A stretch of 64,000 bases of DNA. Source: Octopus sinensis (lineage: Eukaryota). The notes beneath the pieces are model-generated. The model saw only the letters and a list, made by a program, of their open reading frames with translations. It did no database searches and had not been told where the DNA came from. The position numbers and the translations under genes were made by a program. Shown here piece after piece: positions 1 to 12,380 of the stretch. How positions within the stretch are numbered: position 1 is the stretch's first letter; each line of letters begins with the position of its first letter. The stretch lies in contig NC_042998.1 in NCBI RefSeq assembly GCF_006345805.1, positions 168,082,001-168,146,000 on the forward strand. The letters run 5' to 3'.

Positions 1-108
1 TGCATGTGTGTGTGTATATATATATGTGTGTGTGTGTGTGAGATATTATTGTTTATAATAATATCAGTGGCTTAGCATGCGTAAAAAACGCATAATAGTA
101 AAAAACTT

Positions 109-188
109 ATCAATTAATAATTAAGGGTACTAACAAGCAGTACCGGCATGATGATACTACTTGTTAGTACCCTTAATTATTAACTGAT
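109..188. repeat. 80-bp near-perfect inverted repeat (34-bp arms, 12-nt loop)
   Basis: 109-142 is the reverse complement of 155-188 at 32/34 positions. Confidence 0.95.
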
Positions 189-189
189 G

Positions 190-232
<43 letters not shown>

Positions 233-395
233 CATATATATATACATACATATACATATATATATATACATACTTATATTATATATATATGTATATATGT
301 ATGTATGTGTGTGTGTATGTATGTATGTATGTATGTATGTATGTATGTATGTATGTATGTATGTATGTATTTATGTGTATGTGTGTGTATGTGTT
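189..395. repeat. Compound (TG)n/(TA)n/(TATG)n microsatellite
   Basis: Directly visible. Confidence 0.95.
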
Positions 396-473
396 CCTTA
401 AACGCATCAGGTACTTCAAATATAAGAAAAGTAGGCTTTTTTTCCCACAGTATGCTTTTCTAAGCAGGTCAGC

Positions 474-656
474 TTAGTCGACGCGGAAGTTGATGACATT
501 ATGTGAATCACAATAGTAACTGATCTGAACAGTCACACTTTTAAAGTTAATACCGCCGGCATCGACGGCCTTGTAAATGACGTAGCCACTCTCAAAGGGG
601 GAAAGCCCTGCCAAATAGCTGGCACTCCCTTGCCATTTGCTCTCTTTCGTTTTCTG
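474..656 (-). CDS. Candidate coding segment, ATG-less 60-codon frame ending in TAA; product unknown
   Basis: Frame QKTKESKWQGSASYLAGLSPFESGYVIYKAVDAGGINFKSVTVQISYYCDSHNVINFRVD* in non-repetitive DNA that is GC-richer than its flanks; no strong acceptor. Confidence 0.25.
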   Translation of the reverse strand, partial: QKTKESKWQGSASYLAGLSPFESGYVIYKAVDAGGINFKSVTVQISYYCDSHNVINFRVD

Positions 657-1204
657 TTATATCTCTGTTTTTCTTTATCACTACTTGCTCCTCTCGTTCT
701 CCTTGGCATATCTCTCTGTCCTCAGTGATCTTTCTCTGTCTCTCTCTCTTTCTCTGTGTATATATGCTCCGTGTGTGACTTTTTGTATATACTTACAAAT
801 ATATCCAAACTTACTACACATGCGAACATGTTTGTATTATGTGCGTATATGTATACATAACCTAAATCTACGATAGCCTGTGTATATGTATGTGTGCATT
901 TATGTATAGATACGCACGTGTGTGTGTGTGTGTGTGTATTTCTTACTATCGAAGTGAAACATTTCATGGTTCCTTTCAGTGACGTTTTTCTGACGTAATT
1001 ATGATTTATTGCGGGAGAAGAGACCGACCTAAATATTTATCGTTATCTCTCACCCACTAATAATGAAAATGAAATACTGATCATGTCTGCACATGGTCGC
1101 TTTTCCGTCAGTCTCGGTGGTGAGTATTAGGTTGTTCGACCAACGAATTTCTTCACATGAAATTAAAGTGTAAGCGACAGAATATTTCACGAACAGGCTT
1201 ACCA

Positions 1205-1430
1205 TTAACCCTTTAGTTTTCCGATTACTTTGTCATATGTAACGCTTATTTATTCATATTGTTTTGTATCAGTCGTGCGGTACGTCATAGCTCCGAGATT
1301 TCAATGATGTTTTTGTTTATTTTTAAGATGACATAGCAGAGTAGGTTTTAAAAGCTGGATCTTGCTCGCTTGAACATAAAACAGAGAATATTTGGGCTTG
1401 ATATGGCTGGCTTAAATGCTAATGGGTTAA
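1205..1430. mobile_element. piggyBac-like MITE with TTAA target sites
   Basis: TTAA-CCCTTTAG ... CTAATGGG-TTAA (TIR 7/8), no coding capacity. Confidence 0.75.
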
Positions 1431-1441
1431 ATCAGAAAGAA

Positions 1442-1445
<4 letters not shown>

Positions 1446-1491
<46 letters not shown>

Positions 1492-1550
1492 AGACAGACA
1501 GACAGACAAAGACAGAGAGAGTGACAGAAAGAGAGAGAGAGAGACAGACA
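1446..1550. repeat. (GA)n/(GACA)n microsatellite
   Basis: Directly visible. Confidence 0.95.
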
Positions 1551-2082
1551 GGAATCAATCTAGGTATTAGACTTGGTAGTTTATGAACCTCGAAAACATG
1601 AAACACAAATTTCACCTCGACGGGATTTCAAGGTGGGATTTGAGGGCAAAGTACTTGAACGAATATCGCAAGGTATTTCAATCCCTCGCTCAAATGGCTC
1701 CGTTAATTCACTACTTGTTATCGGCATATAGCTTCTATTTGATATTTGAATTTATTCTTTTGTATGCATTACCTAGGCATACCTGCGCATAGTTTGCACG
1801 CTATGTGCATATAAGTCGTGACTGGCGATGTGATCATCCCCGATACAGTTCGGTTGCGCGAAACATCAATGTCCATCACTCCCAGATGGGGTTAAAGGTG
1901 AGTTATCTCACCTTCCTATGATTTTCAGGTATTTTTAACATCCAGCGCTTTGAGAGAGTATTCCGCACCACACCAAATCGCAGCCTACCGGCAAATAGAT
2001 GTGGCTTATACGTTTTGTGTATTAAGTATATGCGGTTGATAAAGTTTATTACACTAGCGCTGCTTTTATTTCATATCTGAAA

Positions 2083-2245
2083 GGTATGGCTATATGGTCT
2101 TTCTTCTCAATTACATGATTCTGGATTGAGTCCCACTGCGTGATACCTTGGCAGGTGTCTTCTGCTATAGCTTCGGGCCGACCAAAGTCTTGTGAGTAGA
2201 TTTGGTGGGCGGAAAATGAAAGAAGCCTGTCGTATATATGTATGC

Positions 2246-2277
<32 letters not shown>

Positions 2278-2330
2278 GTGTGTGTGCGTGTGTGTGTATG
2301 TGTGTGTGTGTGTGCGCGCGCGGATGTACG
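2083..2330 (+). mobile_element. SINE family D, 5' half plus internal (TG)n
   Basis: Matches the other copies: gtcccactgcgtg..ccttgg..gggccgaccaaag..gaaagaagcc. Confidence 0.8.
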
Positions 2331-2404
2331 AATGTGTATGTATTTGTTTATTATTGCATGATGCGATGATGCGAGATAAAACGTGGGCATGAACTTGGTA
2401 TTCT

Positions 2405-2716
2405 TTCATGCTACATATGTTTCTGTAACTGGCACTCTATCGGTTACGATGGTGAGGATTACTGTTGAACCGATCAACGGAAAAGCCTGCTCGTGAAATT
2501 AACGTGCAAGTGGCTGAGCCCTCCACAGACACGAGTATCCTTAATGTAGTTTTCAAGGAGGTTCAGCGTGACACAGAATGTGACAAGGCTAGACCTTTGA
2601 AATACTAGCTGGGTGAATTGAAGCAACATGAAATGAAGTGTCTTGCTAAAAAACACAATATAAGGCCGGGGGTCGTACTTCCGATCGTGAGCAGGATGAC
2701 CTAACCACTAAACCAC
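2405..2716 (-). mobile_element. Chimeric SINE: family-B-type head/core with family-A-type 3' tail
   Basis: Tail is antisense to 7070-7240; core gaaatgaagtgtcttgct matches 47060-47100. Confidence 0.75.
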
Positions 2717-3174
2717 TCACCTTCATTGTATTCGGTAATTAATTAATGATCTCAGATTAAATGCAATTTACAAAGGCAGCCTGATCGGTGAATTTGTCGT
2801 GCGCTGAGCAGATCCGTTTTCACATATAATAACAGGAAAGCCAAAGCAGTTTCAGAAATTTATCGTTGATAAAAGAAAGAAGCTATTTCCAATTTTACAA
2901 AATATGACACTGGTATGCAAGTGAACATCCAGAACTGATATTAGGATAAATTGATATATTTCAAGTCGTTTTCTCTTCCATAGTATTTCTTCATGACTAA
3001 ATCATATTTTAAGTTTGTGAAACCGGTAGCAAGATTTGATAGAAATATTTTTCTTCATTACCTATGATAAAGTTCACAAAGTATTTTCTTTCTTTTGTTG
3101 TTTAGTATAAATTTACTTGTGCGAAACATCTTCAGCTTTTCATTGTGTGTATGCGTGTGTCTACGCGCGTGCAC

Positions 3175-3297
3175 ACACATACACACACACACGCACTCAT
3201 AAATATATATATGTATGCTTGTATGTATATATGTATATATATCTATGTTTGTATATGTATGTATATATGTCTATGTATGTATGTATATATTTATACA

Positions 3298-3330
<33 letters not shown>

Positions 3331-3440
3331 TTATGCATGTATATATATATATGCATGTATGTATACACGCACATATATATATATATATACATACATATAT
3401 ATGTGTCTGTATGTTTATATATATGCTAATGTATATATAG
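3175..3440. repeat. (CA)/(TA)/(TATG) compound microsatellite
   Basis: Directly visible. Confidence 0.9.
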
Positions 3441-3636
3441 CGTGTACGGGTTTCACAACGAGTCTTATGTATTTGACACTTGTCATTTTTTGCAGCAATC
3501 TTTATAAACTTAATTATTCTGAAGTTGCAAAACCACGTCTTTAATAAACATTCACTGTTGAAATGGGTGAGGTATAAATGTATGAATTTATGGTAGATTT
3601 ATTCTGAAACAGTATCCATTTCATCTGCCTGCATTC

Positions 3637-4095
<459 letters not shown>

Positions 4096-4559
4096 AGATA
4101 TGGTATATGTGTATTTGCTGCGTGTGTATGCATTGTATGTGAGTGCGAATATGTTGTGTATGTACATGTATTGAATATGACTGTATGCGTGCACAACCGC
4201 TTATGTATGTGCGCGCGTGTGTGGTACTAGATTTCGCATGCCTGATCGTATCTAGGGACATAGAAAGGAGTGGGTATATAAACAAATAGGAATTTTATGT
4301 AAAAGAAAAAATTGAAGGAAAAAGAGTGAACTTTACTGTCCTTAGGAAGTAAAGATGGGAAAGACGTTAAAATGCTATATTTCAAGGGACAACAACAAAT
4401 GCTTTTACGAGGTGTAAGCACCAGATAGGCCGTTTAAGGAAATCCGATTAGTGAAAATTCATAGAGCTGCTACGATACTTCCTTGCTTTATGAAAATTGT
4501 TTATCGATGCTTAGATTTCAAGATTCGGAATTAAGAAAATAGAAATCTGTGTGATGTGT

Positions 4560-4651
4560 GGCATAAATATATGTATGTGTACGTGTATGAATGTATATGT
4601 ATAATACACACATACAAACACACACTCACACATGCATACAAATACACACGC

Positions 4652-4682
<31 letters not shown>

Positions 4683-4726
4683 CATACATACATGCATGCA
4701 TGCACACACACATACACTCATGCATG

Positions 4727-4759
<33 letters not shown>

Positions 4760-4790
4760 TAATACACACATATATGTGTGTGTGACTGGT
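4560..4790. repeat. (CATA)/(CA) microsatellite
   Basis: Directly visible. Confidence 0.9.
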
Positions 4791-4869
4791 AGGATATATA
4801 TGAGTATGAGTGTATGTATAACTGTGTTGTTGTTAATCAACAAGACTGGCAAAGGTGATTAGGTGATGG

Positions 4870-5060
4870 TCTAGGGTTTAGGGGCTGGAGACCCCAGACC
4901 TTGGAAAAAAAAAACTTTGGTTGTCTTGTTGTAGTCGAGGGCTCTTCGTTGACGCCCGACACCACTGGGAGGTGGCCCTCGAAGTTGCTGGAAATGGAGA
5001 TCTTCAGGTCCAAATTCTTGAACGGCTGTATGACTGTGTGTGTACGCACGCGCATGTCGT
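4870..5060 (-). other. GC-rich island with a codon-biased frame; probable TE or gene fragment
   Basis: 28 of 33 codons in 4936-5034 (minus strand) end in G/C. Confidence 0.35.
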
Positions 5061-5091
5061 TCTGATTATATTTTCAATAATTCCTCACTAT

Positions 5092-5312
5092 TAAGACGGT
5101 AAGCTGGCAGAATCGTTTGCACGTCGGACAAAATGCTTACTTAGCAATTCTTCCGGCTTTACGATCTGAGTTCAAATTCCGCCGTGGTCGACTTAACCAG
5201 TCTTCCTTTCGGAGTCAATAAAATAAGTACCAGTTGAGCATAGGGGTCACTGTAGTCGACTGCCTCCCACCTCTCATCAAAAATGTCAGGCCTTATGCCT
5301 AGAGTAAATTGG
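5092..5312 (+). mobile_element. SINE family C
   Basis: aagctggcagaatcgtt..gagttcaaattccgccg (B box)..gtcgac..aagtaccagttgagc. Confidence 0.85.
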
Positions 5313-5474
5313 ATTAATTTCTGAAATTAGAAAGAAACTGCCAATCCAGGAAGTAAGCATTTTTCGTTGAAATTTAGACAACACCACTTGGTACTGATAT
5401 GCATCTGAATCTTCATATTCTTGTATATATCATGGCATCAAAGAATATATAAATGACTGCATATATGTCTGTAT

Positions 5475-5863
5475 GTGCGTGGCTGTGTGCTAAGAGGTTT
5501 CCTTCCTAACCACAAGATCCCGGGTTCTATCCCACTACGAATTACTTTGACAAGTGTTTTTTACTATAGCTTCGGTCCGACCAAAGATTTGATAGACGCA
5601 AACTAGAAGAAGCCCGTCGTATATATACAAATATATATTTGAGTGTGTGTTTGTGCATGTCTTTGTCCCCCACCACCGCGTGATAACCGGGGTTGGTGTG
5701 TTTACGGCCCTGTAATCTCGAGGTTCGGCAGAAGGGACCGATAGAATAAGCGTCAGGCTTTACATAGAAACGGTAATTACTGGGGTTGACTTGTTCGACA
5801 AAAAATTCTCCAAGGTGGTGCCTCAGCATGGCTACAGTCTAATGACTGAAACAAAAATAAGAG
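5475..5863 (+). mobile_element. SINE family D, near full length
   Basis: tRNA-like head, internal (TA/TG) tract, tail aaggtggtgcctcagcatggctacagtctaatgactgaaaca. Confidence 0.85.
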
Positions 5864-5889
5864 GTGTATATATCCATTCATATTTGTAT

Positions 5890-6730
5890 GGTTCAGTGGT
5901 CAGGGCGTTGGGCTCTCAATCATGAAGTTGTGGGTTCAATTCCCGGACCGGGGAGTGAGGGGCTATTCTCGAGCAAGACTCTTTATTTGACGTTGTTCTA
6001 GTTCAAGCTGTATCGTCCTTTACTTTTCCCTTGGTTAAGATTGTTGATGTGAATAGGGGAGGCGGATATGCATGGGCAACTACTGGTCTTCCATAAACAA
6101 CCTTGCCCGGACTTGTGCCTCGGAGGGTGCAATCCCATGGTCATTCATGACCGAACGGGCTCTTTACCCTTCCATATTTGTATGTATTTATGCATGGCTG
6201 GATATACGACTGGACGCATGTCTACATGTATGCATGTATGCAAGTGGCTCAGTGGTTAGAGCGTCGAGCTTGCGATCGTGAGGTTGTGAGCTCGAATCCC
6301 GGACCGAGCTGCGTGTTGTGTTCTTGAGCAAGACACTTTATTTCACGTTGCTCCAGTTCACTCAGCTGTAGAAATGAGTTGCGACGTCACAGGTGCCAAG
6401 CTGTATCGGCCCTTGCCTTTCCCTTGGACAACATCGGTGGCGTGGAGAGGGGAGGCCGGTATGCATGGGCGACTGCTGGTCTTCCATAAAACAACCTTGC
6501 CCAGACTTGTGCCTCAGAGGGTAACTCTCTAGGTGCAAACCTATGGTCAGTGTCTGACCGAAGGGGGTCATTAATAACTGCATGCATGTGTGGATTGGTG
6601 GTTTAGGATATTTCACTCACGATCGTAAGAATGTGGTTTCAATTCCTGAACCAGTCGATGAGTTGCGCTCTTGAACAAGACACTTCCTTTCACGATGCTG
6701 CAGTCTACTCACTTGGCAAAAATGAGGAAC
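5890..6730 (+). mobile_element. Three tandem SINE family B copies (5890-6170, 6243-6570, partial 6590-6730)
   Basis: Repeated tggctcagtggttag (A box), B box, gttcttgagcaagacact core, and tail ending tggtca..gaccgaagggggtc. Confidence 0.85.
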
Positions 6731-6860
6731 CCGGCGACAGACTGGAGTTCCATTCAGCGGGAAAATGCATACGCCACAGAATTCGGGAAATCGATGTTAT
6801 GTGCCTAAAGCTTCGGAAGGATCTTTGATTCTTTGTTTAATACGAGTATATAAGCAGTAT

Positions 6861-7249
6861 AGTGGAGGCGCAATGGCCCTATGGTTAGGGCAGCGGACTC
6901 GCGGTCGGAGGATCGCGGTTTCGATTCCCAGACCGGGCGTTGTGAGTGTTTATTGAGCGAAAACACCTAAAGCTCCACGAGGCTCCGGCAGGGATGGTGG
7001 TGATCCCTGCTGTACTCTTTCACCACAACTTTCTCTCACTCTTACTTCCTGTTTCTGTTGTACCTGTATTTCAAAGGGCCGGCCTTGTCACTCTCTGTGT
7101 CACGCTGAATATCCCCGAGAACTACGTTAAGGGTACACGTGTCTGTGGAGTGCTCAGCCACTTACACGTTAATTTCCCGAGCAGGCTGTTCCGTTGATCG
7201 GATCAACCGGAACCCTCGTCGTCGTAACCGACGGAGTGCTTCCATCATC
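6861..7249 (+). mobile_element. Full-length SINE family A with 11-bp TSD
   Basis: ggaggcgcaatggcc head, gtttcgattcc B box, (CAT)n tail; TSD ataagcagtat at 6850-6860 and 7250-7260. Confidence 0.9.
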
Positions 7250-7611
7250 ATAAGCAGTATGCATGGATGGATGTTTGCATGCTCATATACAATACAATAC
7301 GTATGTATGTTTGTATTTTTTAATAAAGGACGCTGTATATATACATGCGTGTGCGTATGTATAATTTCAAAGATGTATACATTAATACAATTATGATAGT
7401 ATGTATTTATGTTTGGATGGTTGTAACGCATGACTACACTCATGAGTTTATGTATATTTGTGTGTATTCTTACATCTATGCATTTATGCATGTTTGTATT
7501 CGTATATACAGGCATCTGTTTGTACAAAAGGCTGAATTTGTCTACACATGTATGTATGTATGTGTGAGTGTCTTTATACGCATATGATGGTATGTGTGTG
7601 TGTAAATACAT

Positions 7612-7647
<36 letters not shown>

Positions 7648-7719
7648 GGCGGTGCCCCAGCAAATGGCGGTGCCCCAGCATGGCCACAGCTCATTAGCTG
7701 AAACTAGAAAAATCATCAA

Positions 7720-7764
<45 letters not shown>

Positions 7765-10418
7765 GGATATATGTACATGTATACGTACAAATTACATACT
7801 ATTACATACTCACAAACACACATATGTATGGATATGTCTGTGTGTGTATGTGTGCGTGTATACAGATACATGGATAGATAAGTATATATTTATTGATGTG
7901 CTCCTATTTATTTACGTTGTTATATAAATATGTCTATATACTTGCATGTATATATGCACATATGCACATACACACGCACTCATATTCAATCATACACACA
8001 CATACGCACATGCTCACATATACATACGTAAAGTATGTGTGCTCTCATAACTATACAGAACTGGTTTAAATACTCCACATACAAACATACCCATTTAGTG
8101 ATGTAGTTCCATATATTTCTTCAATTTCTGTTTATATCTTAATCTATAAATATTTCTCTCTTTCACACATACGCGCACATGCACGACCGCAAACTTTTGA
8201 TCTCTCTCTCTCTCTCACTCACTCTTTCTCCCTCTCTCTTTCTCTGTATCATTCTCTACCCTCTTTCCATTACATAGATATACAGAATGGATTACAGAGG
8301 GAAACGAAAAGAGAGTGGCTTACATCTGTACATTATGCCAGTCTGTTTATATATCATGTGTCTATTGATAGGAGTCGAGGTGAGCATGATGGCTGAGAGT
8401 AAATTATATTTACAGACTGGTTTATAAGTACATCTGTGAAGATATTTACTTTGGACGGAAGGTGAAAGCATTCTTATTTTCTGTTTACATATCTATCAAT
8501 GTATCTCTGTATTCGTGTATCTCTATCCCACCCCGTTTCTTATGCTATGTGCTCGCATATTGTCTCTTCACTTTACTGCTTTCGGAATCAATGTGGTAAG
8601 TGTAGTGTTAACAACAAATATACTATTATTATTTCATATACAGTTTCTCCAATGATAGTCATATGTATGTGTGTGTACGGCGGGTATGTATATAAACGTT
8701 TGCTTTTCAGTGTATGTGCGCCTGTTTGTGCGTGTGTAGAAAGAAGCAAACATATAGACAGACTGCCAGACAGGCAGACGGAGGGATGAATAGATTGATT
8801 GATAGTTTGTTAGTTAGTTAGTTAGGTAGGTTGGTGGGTAGGTAGGTTGGTGGGAATATTCGTAGCCATAACAAACATTAAGTGTTTATATCACATTTTC
8901 TGATTTTGCCCTAATATCGGTGTTGTTTAATTCCTTGTCCAACTCATAATCAAAGGTTTTCTTCCAAACTAGGACTGCGTTATCGTCTCAGGGATATTTG
9001 GGTGTTATCTTTCGTGCCGCTATCAACCAAAAAGATACTTCCGTTTTGTTTCGTTCAGTTTTTGCGTCCATAAAAGCTATATATTTGAATTATATATACA
9101 TGATCAAGTAGTAGCTATAATTTGTATAGTACATATTACATAAACTTAAATTTCATACTGACGAATTATAGTTGTTTGATAATCAGTTCAATGAGTTCTA
9201 TCTCAATGAAAAAGTAATCTTTCAAGAATTAACGAATACGCATTTAACCAAATATTTAATTATATTTGCATAAATAAATACAATCTGCGTATTTTGCATT
9301 TGTATTGCGGATTTTTAATAATAGTGTCGATATTTCTCTTTTTAAATGACATTAAAGTATCGCAATTTCGTTCCATAAGCATTGACGCAATACAAATTAC
9401 TGTATTCGAAAGGTGAGCTGGTAACTCAACGGTAAATATTTAGAGAAATGCTTTCCAGAACCGAACAGAAAGAGTTCACTTCTTAGCTACAGTGTCTTCA
9501 TTTATTCTGCAAGGTAACCCAGTGAATCACATGTAATGCACAAAATATAGCATAACATATAATACACACTTCTAGTTATTTTTCAAACTCCGGAGTAACT
9601 TGTTTTATATTACTCAGAATGTACGAAATAAGGACTAACTTAAAGTCTGAAAATAAGCATGGGCATCTAGAACAAAGTTATGAAAGACCCTTTGACATGG
9701 TTGAATCGCATCTAATTTTGTTGCCTCTACATATTCAGAGGTTCATTACTAACATGGAATTCTTGTATAGTATGTATATTTTAAGGATATTCAACAATTT
9801 CACCTAAAAGAAGGTAATAAAAGCAAATTTATGTTCAATATTATATCTTATTGATACAAAAATGCATGCTATGTCTAATGCACCCAAATGGTTTAAGTCA
9901 AACGAAGAAACATACTCGTGAACTCCGCAAGAACTATATAATCTATAATGGACTTGCTATCGAAACTTTGTCTCAAAATAAATATATTCAATTATTATTA
10001 TGAATCAAACTACAAAAATGATATTTATTTATCCATGGCCCTTAAAATTGTCTGACCATGTCTTGTTAGTGTAAATTACTTGTTCAAACGACCACCTGAA
10101 AAGAGACTTGTCTTATTTGTTAAAACCTATTGTTGGATAGAATTACTCCACTATCCTTTACGGCTTAACGCAGAACGCGCGGATAACATGCCCTTAAAAA
10201 TATACGAGTCTTAAAATGTGATTAGGAAAGACACGAAACGGCAGATTAATGGATTCGGGAACGTAGTAGATCCAGACCAAACATAAAAAATGAATTTTTC
10301 CTAAATAGAAAAAATGATCATAGTCATGTTTTAATGTAACGTGTCTGAAAGAAAACCTGTTCATTATTTACACAAATATATGTGTTTGTATGTGAGTGAA
10401 AGTGTATCTGTATGTGTG

Positions 10419-10715
10419 CCGATGGAGAAGACCTGGGAGACACTTGCTGCCGACCGCTCATCCTGGCGCAGCGCAATCACCACAGGAGCAGGGACAGCCG
10501 AGGAGGGACGGATTCGGTCAGCAGAGCAGAAACGCCAGATGCGGAAAGCCAGAGCCGCCTGCACCAGTAGCACGGCCCCTACCCACTTCTGCCCCACCTG
10601 TGGGAGGGGCTTCCTTGCCCGGATTGGCCTCACCAGCCACCTCCGGTCTCATGGCGGCAGTTCCACCAGATGATGTCAGTGGTCATCTTCGAACCCGAAG
10701 GACGAACATTATTAT
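10419..10715 (+). mobile_element. 5'-truncated RTE-clade LINE 3' end with C2H2-type zinc finger
   Basis: WETLAADRSSWRSAI...CPTCGRGFLARIGLTSHLRSH*, short 3' UTR, (ATT)n tail, 14-bp TSD tatctgtatgtgtg at 10405-10418 and 10716-10729. Confidence 0.9.
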
Positions 10716-11351
10716 TATCTGTATGTGTGTATTTATGTTTATACCTATGCGTATAAAATATCGAATCATGTGAAGAGTTCTTGGAAAATTAGAAGAAATG
10801 CCAAACAAGATTTGGCATCAAAACATATCCAAGATACTCCATGTATGTTATAGCCCTTATCACTTAGCAGCAGATATAAGTTTCTTCAACCAATTCAGCT
10901 GTTTGCTATCATTAAAGTCTTAAGTATTTTGTTTTACTTTTAGTGACAGGTGTATTATTGGTACTATTGATAATATCTGAGACAAAATGCTAAGTAAAAA
11001 TTTGCCTACCTCAGTTCAGGAATCCTTAACTTGAAATATGTATATTGATCCAATTTAAGAGATACCACCTGCTCAAATATGTTCTTTTTACTGTCTTCAT
11101 TTTCATCATGGAATTTTCATCATAAAGACACTAACATTATCGTTTTATTTGCAAACACACACGGAAATGATCTATTTTATCAAAAAGCAAACAAAATGAC
11201 AAAAAATCTATATATTTTCTAGTGAAAAAACTCTCTTCTTGGAAATCGAAATCGCGTTTTCCGTAAAGGCAATATTCTACTTCATTTTACACACTTTTAC
11301 TTTCTGTTTCTTTCGACGAAGTACAAAATCCGTATACAAATCCAGATAAAC

Positions 11352-11486
11352 CCGCGTGGCTTCCCAACCACATGGCTCAGGTTTCAGTTTCACTGCGTAG
11401 CACCTTGGGCAAGTATTTTCTACTATATCCTCGGGCCGACTAAAACCTTGTGAGTGGAGTTGATTGACAGAAACTGAAAGAAGCCC

Positions 11487-11527
<41 letters not shown>

Positions 11528-11528
11528 T

Positions 11529-11559
<31 letters not shown>

Positions 11560-11576
11560 TATATATATAATATATA

Positions 11577-11610
<34 letters not shown>

Positions 11611-11805
11611 TTGTTCCTACCTCCCACCGCCTGGCAACCAGTGCTGGTGTGTTTACACCCCATAACTTAGAGATCGATAGAATAAGAACCAGGCTTTAAA
11701 AAAATAAATACTGTGGTTCAATCAAGCGACTAAATATTCTTCAAGGCGGTGCCCCAGCATGGCCGCAGTCTAATGACAGAATCAAGGAAAAGATAAACGA
11801 TAAAT
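11352..11805 (+). mobile_element. SINE family D with expanded internal (TA)n
   Basis: Head and tail match the other copies. Confidence 0.85.
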
Positions 11806-11944
11806 CTGCCATTGATATCACTCTACATATGTACATGTACACATAGATGTCCAGATTTAGCCATTCGGATAGTCAACAGAACACAGCTGTAACAAACTTC
11901 GTCCCTAGTCGTCGTTACTGGAAGGTGCGTGTGTGCGTGCATAC

Positions 11945-12380
<436 letters not shown>

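Noticed and set aside
489-519. C box TGATGA and D box CTGA
   Set aside because: Only about 30 nt apart, too short for a C/D snoRNA.
6861-6935. tRNA-like A/B boxes in SINE heads
   Set aside because: No complete cloverleaf, and they are continuous with SINE bodies; not tRNA genes.
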